Notes under the pieces: generated by a model | Told to the model about the DNA's origin: nothing | What the model saw: only the letters and a program-made list of their open reading frames with translations | Databases searched by the model: none | DNA from: Cenarchaeum sp. | GTDB taxonomy: Archaea > Thermoproteota > Nitrososphaeria > Nitrososphaerales > Nitrosopumilaceae | DNA length: 64,000 bases | NCBI GenBank assembly: GCA_965242695.1 | Contig: CBDESU010000002.1 | Span: 384,001 to 448,000, forward strand | Direction: 5' to 3' | Shown here: in pieces, positions 28,446-38,289 of the stretch | How positions within the stretch are numbered: position 1 is the stretch's first letter | Layout of the letters: the number at the start of each line of letters is the position of its first letter | Translations under genes and position numbers: made by a program

Positions 28446-30884
28446 TCAACTAATCGTCCCCAAGGAAAAGAAGACAGCACATCTGACAGATTCGAACAAT
28501 ATGCCCACTGCTTTGTCGCTAGACCGGGCCAGCGTAGCACGGGCCGCATTGATGCACAGTCTTCGGGCCGCATTGATGACAAGCTTGCCTTTCGTCTTGT
28601 CGTGTGCTAGCGCACCGTGGCTTGTCGACGTGTTGGTACAGGCGGCACAGACAGTGCAGTTCCAGACATCGCTGTTGCAGGCACAGGGGCCATGCGCAGG
28701 AAAGGTATTTTCGCTGTTCTGCATGAATTGCCTGCACGGGGTGCCGCCGCTGCGAATGCGGGCAGGGTCTTGCAGGGCGCGCCGTCCGACGCATTCTTTC
28801 CTAGAGCTTGGCCTGCCGGGCTTGTCTTTACGTTTGGTGGCAGAGGCCATCATAGATGCCACCTCCTTTTCAACCCCGGCCACGCGGGCCTCAACCCCGG
28901 CCACGCGGGCCTCAACCCCGGCCACGCGGGCCTCAACCCCGGCCACGCGGGCCTCAACCCCGGCCACGCGGGCCTCAACCCCGGCCACGCGGGCCTCAAC
29001 CCCGACCCACGCCGGACGTTCCAGCGCCTCCGGTGCATCAGTTTGCAGGATCTTCTGGTCGGGCAAGTCCTCGCTTTGTGCAAGGTTCGTCAAGACTGAT
29101 GCCTGCGCGTCTTTGGTCATCTGGATCGGGTACCCGAGATGCAACAATCTCGGCTGGCGGGTGTGCAAGTCCGAGCGCGGCGCCCACGGCGCGGCAAGGG
29201 CCGCGGCCGCGGCCACCGCCTCGTCCTCGTCGCCGTAGCCGGCCGCGGCCACCGCCTCGTCCTCGTCGCCGTAGCCGGCCGCGGCCACCGCCTCGTCCTC
29301 GTCGCCGTAGCCGGCCGCGGCCACCGCCTCGTCCTCGTCGCCGTAGCCGGCCGCGGCCACCGCCTCGTCCTCGTCGCCGTAGCCGGCCGCGGCCACCGCC
29401 TCGTCCTCGTCGCCGTAGCCGGCCGCGGCCACCGCCTCGTCCTCGTCGCCGTAGCCGGCCGCGGCCACCGCCTCGTCCTCGTCGCCGTAGCCGGCCGCGG
29501 CCACCGCCTCGTCCTCGTCGCCGTAGCCGGCCGCGGCCACCGCCTCGTCCTCGTCGCCGTAGCCGGCCGCGGCCACCGCCTCGTCCTCGTCGCCGTAGCC
29601 GGGAAGATCCCCGTAGTCAAAAGCCTCCAAGAACCGGTTTCGGGGCCGCGGCAAGTACGACATCAAAGGGAGGCACAAGGCCGAGCGCGGCGACCATGTC
29701 GCGGCAGGGGCCACCCGGAGATAGTCCGCGGACGGGGACAAGGACGGGTTGCGCACACCTCCATGCCGCCATGCGGCCGCCAGCGGGTCCGACCCTCGCG
29801 CCAGGCCGTCGCGCCGCCATGCGGCCGCCAGCGGGTCCGACCCTCGCGCCAGGCCGTCGCGCCGCCATGCGGCCGCCAGCGGGTCCGACCCTCGCGCCAG
29901 GCCGTCGCGCCGCCATGCGGCCGCCAGCGGGTCCGACCCTCGCGCCAGGCCGTCGCGCCGCCATGCGGCCGCCAGCGGGTCCGGCGCGCCTTCCCCTACG
30001 GCCTCGACCTCCTCCATCGCCGACCTGAGGAGGTCATCGTACGAAGGCAGGGGAGGTGGCGGGGGAGGGGCGTGCGGCGCGACCTCGGGCGCCCATGCGC
30101 CCGGCGGCATGCCCGGCGCGCCTTCCCCTACGGCCTCGACCTCCTCCATCGCCGACCTGAGGAGGTCATCGTACGAAGGCAGGGGAGGTGGCGGGGGAGG
30201 GGCGTGCGGCGCGACCTCGGGCGCCCATGCGCCCGGCGGCATGCCCGGCGCGCCTTCCCCTACGGCCTCGACCTCCTCCATCGCCGACCTGAGGAGGTCA
30301 TCGTACGAAGGCAGGGGAGGTGGCGGGGGAGGGGCGTGCGGCGCGACCTCGGGCGCCCATGCGCCAGGCGGCATGCCCGGCGCGCCTTCCCCTACGGCCT
30401 CGACCTCCTCCATCGCCGACCTGAGGAGGTCATCGTACGAAGGCAGGGGAGGTGGCGGGGGAGGGGCGTGCGGCGCGACCTCGGGCGCCCATGCGCCAGG
30501 CGGCATGCCCGGCGCGCCTTCCCCTACGGCCTCGACCTCCTCCATCGCCGACCTGAGGAGGTCATCGTACGAAGGCAGGGGAGGTGGCGGGGGAGGGGCG
30601 TGCGGCGCGACCTCGGGCGCCCATGCGCCAGGCGGCATGCCCGGCGCGCCTTCCCCTACGGCCTCGACCTCCTCCATCGCCGACCTGAGGAGGTCATCGT
30701 ACGAAGGCAGGGGAGGTGGCGGGGGAGGGGCGTGCGGCGCGACCTCGGGCGCCCATGCGCCAGGCGGCATGCCCGGCGGCGCCTGTTCGCTGTGTACGTC
30801 CCAACGCTGCCGCGCCGCGCCGGCGCTTCTTCCGCGCCTCCTCCTCTTCCGCCGCCGCGCCCCGGATGCCACGCCCCTGCCCAT
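28446..30884 (-). CDS. Low-complexity protein built from four tandem-repeat blocks
   Basis: Starts 6 nt after the stop of the DUF262 gene, with a strong SD-like GGTGAGGAGG. All repeat units (132, 48, 36, 21 bp) are multiples of 3 and keep the frame open. Confidence 0.55.
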   Translation of the reverse strand: MGRGVASGARRRKRRRRGRSAGAARQRWDVHSEQAPPGMPPGAWAPEVAPHAPPPPPPLPSYDDLLRSAMEEVEAVGEGAPGMPPGAWAPEVAPHAPPPPPPLPSYDDLLRSAMEEVEAVGEGAPGMPPGAWAPEVAPHAPPPPPPLPSYDDLLRSAMEEVEAVGEGAPGMPPGAWAPEVAPHAPPPPPPLPSYDDLLRSAMEEVEAVGEGAPGMPPGAWAPEVAPHAPPPPPPLPSYDDLLRSAMEEVEAVGEGAPGMPPGAWAPEVAPHAPPPPPPLPSYDDLLRSAMEEVEAVGEGAPDPLAAAWRRDGLARGSDPLAAAWRRDGLARGSDPLAAAWRRDGLARGSDPLAAAWRRDGLARGSDPLAAAWRHGGVRNPSLSPSADYLRVAPAATWSPRSALCLPLMSYLPRPRNRFLEAFDYGDLPGYGDEDEAVAAAGYGDEDEAVAAAGYGDEDEAVAAAGYGDEDEAVAAAGYGDEDEAVAAAGYGDEDEAVAAAGYGDEDEAVAAAGYGDEDEAVAAAGYGDEDEAVAAAGYGDEDEAVAAAGYGDEDEAVAAAAALAAPWAPRSDLHTRQPRLLHLGYPIQMTKDAQASVLTNLAQSEDLPDQKILQTDAPEALERPAWVGVEARVAGVEARVAGVEARVAGVEARVAGVEARVAGVEARVAGVEKEVASMMASATKRKDKPGRPSSRKECVGRRALQDPARIRSGGTPCRQFMQNSENTFPAHGPCACNSDVWNCTVCAACTNTSTSHGALAHDKTKGKLVINAARRLCINAARATLARSSDKAVGILFESVRCAVFFSLGTIS
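28870..28995. repeat. 6 x 21-bp tandem repeat (VEARVAG heptad on the minus strand)
   Basis: Unit TCAACCCCGGCCACGCGGGCC. Confidence 0.95.
29206..29601. repeat. 11 x 36-bp tandem repeat (GYGDEDEAVAAA)
   Basis: 396 bp equals 11 units. Confidence 0.95.
29765..29983. repeat. About 4.5 x 48-bp tandem repeat (DPLAAAWRRDGLARGS)
   Basis: Four full units plus a partial unit, directly visible. Confidence 0.93.
29981..30772. repeat. 6 x 132-bp tandem repeat (44 aa, contains PPPPPPLPSYDDL)
   Basis: 792 bp equals 6 near-identical units; one C/A variant position seen. Confidence 0.95.
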
Positions 30885-30890
30885 GCCTCC

Positions 30891-33107
30891 TCACCCGCGC
30901 CCCGGGAACCTGTCCCGAATGTAGTCGGTGGCATCTTTCGTGTTGAGCAGGATGCTGGCCGTGTCGTTGCGCACCACGAACTCGCCCTTGCCGTTGGGAT
31001 CCAGGTACGCGGGGCTCGCCCCGCGCCGCACCTCGATCCGCGCGATCGTCTTGCCGTCGATCTTGACGGGCCCGCTCGAGACGTTCCTGGCCGCTGCCGC
31101 GCCGAGCGTCTTGACCGCGTTCGTGAGCGCCAGCGACCACTTGTCCCATCCGGCCCTCTTGCCGAGCAGCCTCATGTCGCGCTCGATGCCGAGCAGCGCG
31201 CCGTCGTCGGACACGCCGACGTAGATTGTGCCCCCCTTGGTGTTCATGAGGGCCACGATCTCCTTTAGCAGCGCCTTCTTGAGCTCGGCGTTTGCCGTGC
31301 CGTCGCCGCGCTTGTGGTCGTACAGCATCGACGACTTGAGCTCCACCGTGGCCGACTCGCCGCCGGCGATCTCCTCCCGGCACCTCTCCGGCAGCGGCGA
31401 GCCGCCCGGCTCGACGAGCGAGTTTATCGCCGCGGCAAGCGCCTCCCTGCGCGCGGCAAGAAACTCCTCGTACCTCCCAATGTCCCACAGCGCGGGGTCG
31501 GCGGGGATGCACTGCGCCTCGAGGGCGTCGGCCCCCACGCGGCGGGCTACCCCCGGCAGGTACTCTACCGGCATGCCGCTCCTCGAGCCGGCCGCGTGGC
31601 CTAGGCTGAACGCGGCGTTGGCAATGTCCCCCGCCAGCCGCCCCGCCCCCTTGGCGCCGTGCCTTTGGCGCAGCGCAGAGACGACGGCGGCGCGCGGGAA
31701 CACCTGCCTGCCCATCGCCCTAAAGCTGTGGTCGTCGTCGATGCCTAGGGCCAGCCCGGACCCCCAGTCCCGGGCGCCCGACTTTCGTGCCAGCACGTAC
31801 ATCATGTTGTAGAGCGAGCTCTGCTTTGTCTTGCCAGCCAGGTCCTCGGCCTTGACCGTAAGCCTGCCGGACTGGCGGCGCACCCTGTCGATCATCTTGT
31901 CCACCGGGTCCTTGGAGTCGCGCAGCAGCGCCAGGTCCTCGTCGAGTATGGTCTCCGTGGCGCCCCTCGAGTATCGCCCCCAGATGAGGGCCACGTAGAG
32001 CCACTTGAGCACCTTGCGTCCCAGGGGCCGCGAAAAGGTGCGGTCGCTTTTGACGGCCAGGCACACGATCGGCACGAGCGCGAACAGGGACGGCAGCACG
32101 TCCGTGCTCTCTATACCTGCATTCTTCTTGAGAAAGTCGATCGCAAAGTCTAGCCCCTGCAGCGTCCTCTTCCAGTCCGCTTTGAGCCTGCCCGTGCTGA
32201 TCCTGTCTATGTTCTCGAACTTGTTCTGGTGCGTGGACACGGACACGAGGCACTTGAGCAGGAACCCCTCGTCCAGGTCGAACCCCTTTCTTCGGTAGGC
32301 GTCGGAGGCGTCGGCAAACACCTTCATGGCCCCCTTCCACCGTACAGTGACCTGCGCGAGCGCAAGGTCGACCTTGCGCAGCTTTGACCCCTGTGAGTTG
32401 ATGCGGACGAATATGTCCGTGACGACGGCGTAGGGCGTGCCCCTCTCGAGTATCTGCACGGGGTACTGGTACTTTTCGATATCCAGGAGTCGAACCAGCC
32501 TTGTGTGGTACTTTTCAAAGTTCGGGTCGTCCAGCCGTATTCCGTTCTCGGTCAGGGCCTTGAAGGCGCCCTTCTTGAACGCGTCCGTCACGGAGACCCA
32601 GAGGGGGTTTCCCGCTATGCCTTTGCTCGCAAGGCGGAAGGTGTGGTGGGCCGGCGCGTCGGCCGCATCGCGGGCGCCGTCCTGGTCGTCGTCCTGGTCG
32701 TCCGGGTCGTCGTCCTGGCTGTCAGCGCCCGTGGGGTCGTCCGGGTGGTTTACGTTGAAGTAGACCTGGACATGGGTGGACTTTACCGACTTGCCCGCCC
32801 TCATCTCCACGGGCGTGCCCCTCATTACGGCCGCTAGGGACGTGATGCGCTGCTGGCCGTCGAGCAGGAGTACCGACGGCTTGGCGTCGCGCTTCGCGTC
32901 TGCGGCAGCCGGCGAGTGTGTCGGCACCGGCGCATCGTTCTCCCACAGCAGGATCGAGCCGGACGGGTAGCCGTTGTATATAGAGTCGACCAGGGCGCGC
33001 ACCTTTTCCTTGGTCCAGATGTAGTTTCGCTGCATCTCGGGGAGCTGTATGTCGCCGTCCATGAACTGGTCGACGAGCTTTGACACCGGGCGCCTCGTCT
33101 CTTCCAC
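30891..33107 (-). CDS. DUF262 (GmrSD-like) protein with degenerate DUF1524/HNH-like region and C-terminal AlbA_2 domain
   Basis: LPEMQRNYIW, LLLDGQQRITSL, FVRINSQG; then RQVFPRA...DIANAAF; then GESATVELKSS...ALMNTKGGTIYVGVSDDG. GTG start with a CTTATA box upstream. Confidence 0.87.
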   Translation of the reverse strand: MEETRRPVSKLVDQFMDGDIQLPEMQRNYIWTKEKVRALVDSIYNGYPSGSILLWENDAPVPTHSPAAADAKRDAKPSVLLLDGQQRITSLAAVMRGTPVEMRAGKSVKSTHVQVYFNVNHPDDPTGADSQDDDPDDQDDDQDGARDAADAPAHHTFRLASKGIAGNPLWVSVTDAFKKGAFKALTENGIRLDDPNFEKYHTRLVRLLDIEKYQYPVQILERGTPYAVVTDIFVRINSQGSKLRKVDLALAQVTVRWKGAMKVFADASDAYRRKGFDLDEGFLLKCLVSVSTHQNKFENIDRISTGRLKADWKRTLQGLDFAIDFLKKNAGIESTDVLPSLFALVPIVCLAVKSDRTFSRPLGRKVLKWLYVALIWGRYSRGATETILDEDLALLRDSKDPVDKMIDRVRRQSGRLTVKAEDLAGKTKQSSLYNMMYVLARKSGARDWGSGLALGIDDDHSFRAMGRQVFPRAAVVSALRQRHGAKGAGRLAGDIANAAFSLGHAAGSRSGMPVEYLPGVARRVGADALEAQCIPADPALWDIGRYEEFLAARREALAAAINSLVEPGGSPLPERCREEIAGGESATVELKSSMLYDHKRGDGTANAELKKALLKEIVALMNTKGGTIYVGVSDDGALLGIERDMRLLGKRAGWDKWSLALTNAVKTLGAAAARNVSSGPVKIDGKTIARIEVRRGASPAYLDPNGKGEFVVRNDTASILLNTKDATDYIRDRFPGRG

Positions 33108-33586
33108 GCCCGGCGAGGGCAGGGGCCGCGTATAAGGTTTTCATCGGGGCCGTCACCTCACCGGAGAGGCGCCTCCGGCCCTGCTCCCCCGCCGCAGGAT
33201 GGCAGGTGGGACGCGGAACGGGGGCAGAGCAGGCCGCAAAATGGGGCGGCGGCCCCAGCGCTCCGGCTCAAGGCCCGGCCAGGGAAGCCTTGGCGAGCGG
33301 ACGGCGGCGCGCGAACAGGCAGGTGTCCTGCGCATCCGCAACCGCTGGCGCAGTCCTGCACTTGCACCGTCACCGCCCCTGCCATTTGCGCCCACATGAC
33401 CATAAGCAGTTACAGTGTGGGATCGCCTCGACGCATGGCAGTGCGCCGAAGCCGGTACTCGCATCATCAGGGGAAAACAGCGGCGTCCCGCACCGCCCTA
33501 AGCCTAGACAGGAGGGCGAGGGGAATCAGGCCCTGCGCTCCTTCCCCGGAGCGAGCTCTTATATGCAGGCGCGTGCGGCCGAGGCC

Positions 33587-34561
33587 GTGCAGGTCAAGTG
33601 GAAGGAAATCAGGGATGCCCTCGAAGGGCTGGATGATGTCATGCCCATGGCGTTTTTGCTCAGAAAGGACACGAGGAGCAGGCATCTACACTCGTTCAAG
33701 CTCAGGCCAATCGGGAACAAGACAAAGCTTCACAACAAGCTAAGGAGGAAGATAAAGGGGCGGTTGGAGGGCATGGCGGACGAGAAGCGGCCCATAAAGA
33801 ACTTCGACAAGGACTACGAAAGTGACAGCATCACCATCATGGACGTTAAAAAGAGCTCGTTCGTTGACGAAACGTTGAAGACAATTTTACAAATGGCGGA
33901 CACAGATCCGATCGACAGCCTCAAGAGCATGCAAACGGCAAAGTATTCGGCGACGCTCTTTCGTATGCCCGACCATGGCTCAATCATAACAATAGACAGT
34001 GTTGCGGTATATCACGAGGGGTTCAAAAAGGTAGGGCACCTGCTCTCCTACGACGACGACGTCAGCGATGTAGACGGCATGATCATGTTCAAGTTCGACC
34101 TGCCGTGCATATATTTTGAGAAGTTTGGGATGCTCCTCGTTCTGGACAGGAAGGCGACCGAGCAGATATTCAACCTTATAGAGCACTATCAAGACAGAAT
34201 AAAAGACTACTTTGAGGACCTTGCGGACGACGACAGGATAGACATAAACTTGGACGACTTGAAGGAGTGGACCAAGACAATGACGATGGCAAGGAGGGTC
34301 AACGCAATGATTCAGAACGGGATGCTTGATCGGGACATCGACGTGTATGAAAGGTACAGAGACTATCTTGATTCGCATTCGGATATTGACGACGACGGGC
34401 TGCTGCTTAAGCTAGATAACGGCACGATAAGCATTCCGGACAAGAAGCACTTTGAATCATTTTTGAACTTTTCGGAAACAAACCTGCAGCAATCTGTGAT
34501 CGATCCAAACGACACATACGTGACATCGCGAAAGCGCAAGGTCGTGAGAAAGACGGCGTGA
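33587..34561 (+). CDS. kwaB: Kiwa KwaB-like protein (DUF4868-like)
   Basis: Size about 325 aa; LDRKATEQIFN and C-terminal FLNF...QSVIDPNDTYVTSRKRK; adjacent to a KwaA-like gene; CTTATAT box at about 33558-33564. Confidence 0.65.
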   Translation: MQVKWKEIRDALEGLDDVMPMAFLLRKDTRSRHLHSFKLRPIGNKTKLHNKLRRKIKGRLEGMADEKRPIKNFDKDYESDSITIMDVKKSSFVDETLKTILQMADTDPIDSLKSMQTAKYSATLFRMPDHGSIITIDSVAVYHEGFKKVGHLLSYDDDVSDVDGMIMFKFDLPCIYFEKFGMLLVLDRKATEQIFNLIEHYQDRIKDYFEDLADDDRIDINLDDLKEWTKTMTMARRVNAMIQNGMLDRDIDVYERYRDYLDSHSDIDDDGLLLKLDNGTISIPDKKHFESFLNFSETNLQQSVIDPNDTYVTSRKRKVVRKTA

Positions 34562-35119
34562 CTATCGGTCACCGGTCGCGACGATGTACAGGTTTTCTGA
34601 TATTTCTATGCATGGCAGATCAGTACGGGCTCTGACCTTGAGCTTGGAGAAGACCACGACCGTGTTGCCGTGGTCGTCGACCACACGGTACGGTCGGTAA
34701 AACATAGAAATTAGGGGGTTGATGTGCAGAAGGTTGAATTTTGCGTACATGGTGTAAACGACGATGATAAGAATAATAAATACGATGAGATTCACCAGCG
34801 TGAGTTCGTCAATGAGCACAAAGGGAATGTATGTAAGCGCGTAAAGGGCCACATCGCTACTAATGTCAAACTTTTTTTTGACCCTGATGGGCACAAAGTC
34901 TGAGCTGGCAAGGGCGGCGCGCCGCAAGCACCAGATTACGATAGCTGGAACGACGGCCACGGGCAGTGCAAGCAGTAGGCAAGTCAGGGGGTTTGCGTCG
35001 GCTGAGAATGCGTACCGTGTTAGCAAAATGACCCATGCCGGCACGAGTGCCGTGACGAAAAGCGACAGCCTCTTGGCATGGTCCTGCGCATCGAGCCACA
35101 GTTCCTGTTGGAATGTCAT
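34562..35119 (-). CDS. kwaA: Kiwa KwaA-like four-TM membrane protein
   Basis: Four hydrophobic helices; VALYALTYIPF and NLLHINPL...YRV motifs as in KwaA. Confidence 0.68.
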   Translation of the reverse strand: MTFQQELWLDAQDHAKRLSLFVTALVPAWVILLTRYAFSADANPLTCLLLALPVAVVPAIVIWCLRRAALASSDFVPIRVKKKFDISSDVALYALTYIPFVLIDELTLVNLIVFIILIIVVYTMYAKFNLLHINPLISMFYRPYRVVDDHGNTVVVFSKLKVRARTDLPCIEISENLYIVATGDR

Positions 35120-35779
35120 GGGCGATCACCGACCGCCGGCATAGCCGCACCGTGGCGGCTCGAGGCTGCATGCGCAGAATGCGCAGCAGGGGTCGGATCG
35201 TCCGTTCGCATTTTACCACCCGGCACGCATACGACAGGCTATTAGAACATACCCGTTTGAGGGCATGGAAGGCATCGGCCACGACGAACAGGCAAGGCGG
35301 CAACCCATCGGTCGGGCTGAACAACAGGCAACGTTGTCGGTTCGTGCGCGAAGTGTCAAAGGTGCCCTACATCCACCCGTACCGCACCGAAAGACGGAGG
35401 GCTGTCGACACGCGCGAGCGCCTTCAGAGGCGTACAATGGTGGGTCGCGGAAGGGCAGCCCGCCGCAGTCCGGCCGGCCGCCGCGCCTAGCGCCCGGGAC
35501 CGTGACCCGCCGCAGTCCGGCCGGCCGGGATTGCCGCCGGCCGCCCCGATCATCAAGCCGACCAGCGCGGCCGCGCAGGCGGCAGGGTCGATCGCGGCGT
35601 CTGACCCAACGGCGGGATGAGGGCATGGACGCGTGCGATCGCCCTGCGATCGCCCGCCTAGGCCATTTCCTGTGCGCGGAGTGCATGCCAGGCGCGCCTA
35701 GCCGGCCGACCTAGGCACGCGTGTAGGGCGCAGATCCTATCATGCCATCGTTTATAAGGCAAGGCGGAACGGGCCAGGC

Positions 35780-36205
35780 ATGGACCGCAAAGAGCTGAGG
35801 TTCCGCATCCTCTTCGAGTGCTACAGACACCGCCACACCGGCGCCAAGTACGACTTGAACATCGCAGTCGCGACAATCAACGCGGACCATGACGAAAAAC
35901 AGGCCGCCAAGGTTTGGCTCATAAACGAACGGCTTGTCGATGGACAAGCAGTTCCTGATGCAAGTGGAAAAGTAGACCCAAGACTGAAACGCATCAACAA
36001 AAGGGGAAACAATGTAGTAAAGCCCGTTATAGACAACGTATCCCCGGAGATGATGGACAGGGACGGCAGGTTTGACTCGCTGTCCAAGCCCGAAAAGATC
36101 GAGAGGTTCGCCGCCGAGTGCCTCAACAACCCCGCGGCAGGATCTCTGTGCAAGGCCATTCTCAAGTCCGTCATATCTCAAATGAAATCAGAGACGGAGG
36201 AGTGA
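35780..36205 (+). CDS. Hypothetical protein (possible winged helix)
   Basis: Normal globular composition; TTTATAA box at 35751-35757. Confidence 0.7.
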   Translation: MDRKELRFRILFECYRHRHTGAKYDLNIAVATINADHDEKQAAKVWLINERLVDGQAVPDASGKVDPRLKRINKRGNNVVKPVIDNVSPEMMDRDGRFDSLSKPEKIERFAAECLNNPAAGSLCKAILKSVISQMKSETEE

Positions 36206-36582
36206 TGCGCGAGCCGGCAGCATTTGTGTTTGTTGTGTCACTCTATTTTGCCGGCGGCTCCTGCGGCGAGGGCTCCGGTGCCTGCGCTCTGCATCAGGGC
36301 TGGGCGGGGCCGGCAGGCTGGCACTGTATACTGTAGCCGGGCGGCATGCGCATCGAACAAGACATGCAAGGATAGAAGTGGCAGATGGGAAGATATAGCC
36401 GTATAACGGCATAGGACGGCTGGCAGGGCGAATGCGGGGCGCGGTCGGAGGCGGGGACGAACCGGCGGGGCTGGTAGTGCAACACAGGCCGCGTGGCGGC
36501 GGGGCGGGGTCAAGAGGCCGATGGCGGCGCGCGGATACGTGCCTGTCATCAGCTAACAAAAAACACGATCAGGATGTGAAGG

Positions 36583-36849
36583 CTAAAACACATAGACATA
36601 GTCGGCGCTGCCCGGGCCTCCCGGGCCGCCCTTCATCCCCTTGTCCTGGAAGTAGGTCTCTGTGTCCCGCGCAGTTTTCTCTGTGTCGGCATCCCATTCC
36701 TGCCACAACGAGACATCATGGCCTTTCTCTCGGTGCTGCCTGCGGCGTCGAGCAGGATCATCGGTGACGCCAATAACCCACTCGCGGTACGGGCGGCCGC
36801 TGAGTATAACCGTGAGTTGTATTCTAAACTTTAGGCTTCGAGCGTTCAT
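36583..36849 (-). CDS. Small protein with GIY-YIG-like motifs, possibly circularly permuted
   Basis: WVIGVTDDPARRRRQH...ARDTETYF...DYVYVF; CTTATAT box upstream. Confidence 0.7.
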   Translation of the reverse strand: MNARSLKFRIQLTVILSGRPYREWVIGVTDDPARRRRQHREKGHDVSLWQEWDADTEKTARDTETYFQDKGMKGGPGGPGSADYVYVF

Positions 36850-36981
36850 GAACAGACGGCCGTGTGGTTGTATATAAGCAATATGAACAACTTGTCTACA
36901 CATAGGCCGAATGCGAGCGCAGGGGCCCGATCGCCCACCCCAGCCCCCTTTTTATAACCCCAGGCGGACAGGCGCGGCGTC

Positions 36982-38289
36982 ATGTTCAGGGATGCCGAGG
37001 AGTTGACACGGCACATGAGGCTGCGGCACTGGCTCGAAAGAGAGGACCTAGAGTTCAAGTCCGGCAGGCCCTGGAAAGATCTGCGCTCAAAGCTTGTAAA
37101 GACGGCGCTTGCCATGGCCAACCTCCAGGGAGGAGGCTACATCGTGATCGGCGTCAGGGAGGGCAAGGGCGAAAGGGCCCACGAGATAGACGCCATGCCC
37201 GAGACCATCGCGCGCACGTATTCGGCCGACGACGTGTCCGAGTACTTTAACACGCATGCGGACCCCGATATCGATGTAGAGGTGGTCCGGTTTGAGCATG
37301 GCGGAAAGTATGTCGTGGCGATCCAAGTGCACGAGTTCAAGGAGGTTCCCGTGATATGCAAAAAGGGCATCGGCGACCACGTAAGGCGGGGCGTTGTGTA
37401 CTGCCGAAGCCCCAAGCCCGAGACCGTGCCCGCGAACGCCAAGATCATGAGGGAAATCATAGAAATGGCGGTCGACAGGGGCATTGCAAAGCAGAGGAGT
37501 CGATCCATGAAGCAAGGGGCAGATATCGATGCCGGCCTTTTTACGGAAGAGACACGCGCAAAAATGGGCGAAAATGCAAATCGAGTCATATTGTCAATAA
37601 TAGAAAAGGGGCACTGGGAGGTCACAATCAGGCCCTCACGCCCCGGCAAGTTCTCCCTCGCCTCGCTCAAGGACGCCTTGACAGCGTCGCGGGTCAAGCT
37701 CAGGGGCATGTACTATCCACACGTAGCAAGCAAGCACGGAGAGATGTACAACATGGACGGATGCGTCGAGGCATGGATGCGATGGGGCGAGTTCGCCGAG
37801 GTCTTTCAGTTTTACAGGAGCGGGCAGTTTGTCCACTACATGGGCATGGTGGAGGACCGCGATGCAGACTGCGTGCCCCTGACGGCTGAATGGGTGCCAA
37901 GGGGGGAGCCGCCCACGCCGGAGCACCCGTTTCTCAGGGCAAAGTCTGCGCTGTACTACTTGACCGAGATATACCTGTTCGCGTCCAACCTTGCGGCGAG
38001 GAATATGCTAGGAGACAGGGCCGACATCGGCATAACCCTGCACAAACAAGACGGTCGGGCCCTCAGGTACGGAGACGGCCCCGGCGGCCTTCCCCAGGCC
38101 AGCAGGTGCCGGTCGGCGTCGATACGGCTCGGATTAGGCCGAGTTGCAACGGACCGGCTGCGCGCAGATCACGACGCAATGGCCATAGCGGACGGGGTCA
38201 GGCTGATGGAGGCGTACAACGAGGAGGAGGAAGGCCTCGGGGATGCCCTACAGGGATGGCAGGCCAACTTTTACCGGAGACGCCCCTAG
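36982..38289 (+). CDS. N-terminal AlbA_2 (Schlafen-like) domain protein with unknown C-terminal domain
   Basis: EREDLEFKS...LAMANLQGGGYIVIGVRE; TTTTTATAA box at 36949-36957. Confidence 0.87.
   Translation: MFRDAEELTRHMRLRHWLEREDLEFKSGRPWKDLRSKLVKTALAMANLQGGGYIVIGVREGKGERAHEIDAMPETIARTYSADDVSEYFNTHADPDIDVEVVRFEHGGKYVVAIQVHEFKEVPVICKKGIGDHVRRGVVYCRSPKPETVPANAKIMREIIEMAVDRGIAKQRSRSMKQGADIDAGLFTEETRAKMGENANRVILSIIEKGHWEVTIRPSRPGKFSLASLKDALTASRVKLRGMYYPHVASKHGEMYNMDGCVEAWMRWGEFAEVFQFYRSGQFVHYMGMVEDRDADCVPLTAEWVPRGEPPTPEHPFLRAKSALYYLTEIYLFASNLAARNMLGDRADIGITLHKQDGRALRYGDGPGGLPQASRCRSASIRLGLGRVATDRLRADHDAMAIADGVRLMEAYNEEEEGLGDALQGWQANFYRRRP

Noticed and set aside
28870-30772. 36-bp and 48-bp repeats as CRISPR repeats
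   Set aside because: They are head-to-tail tandem units without spacers and are all in frame within one ORF.
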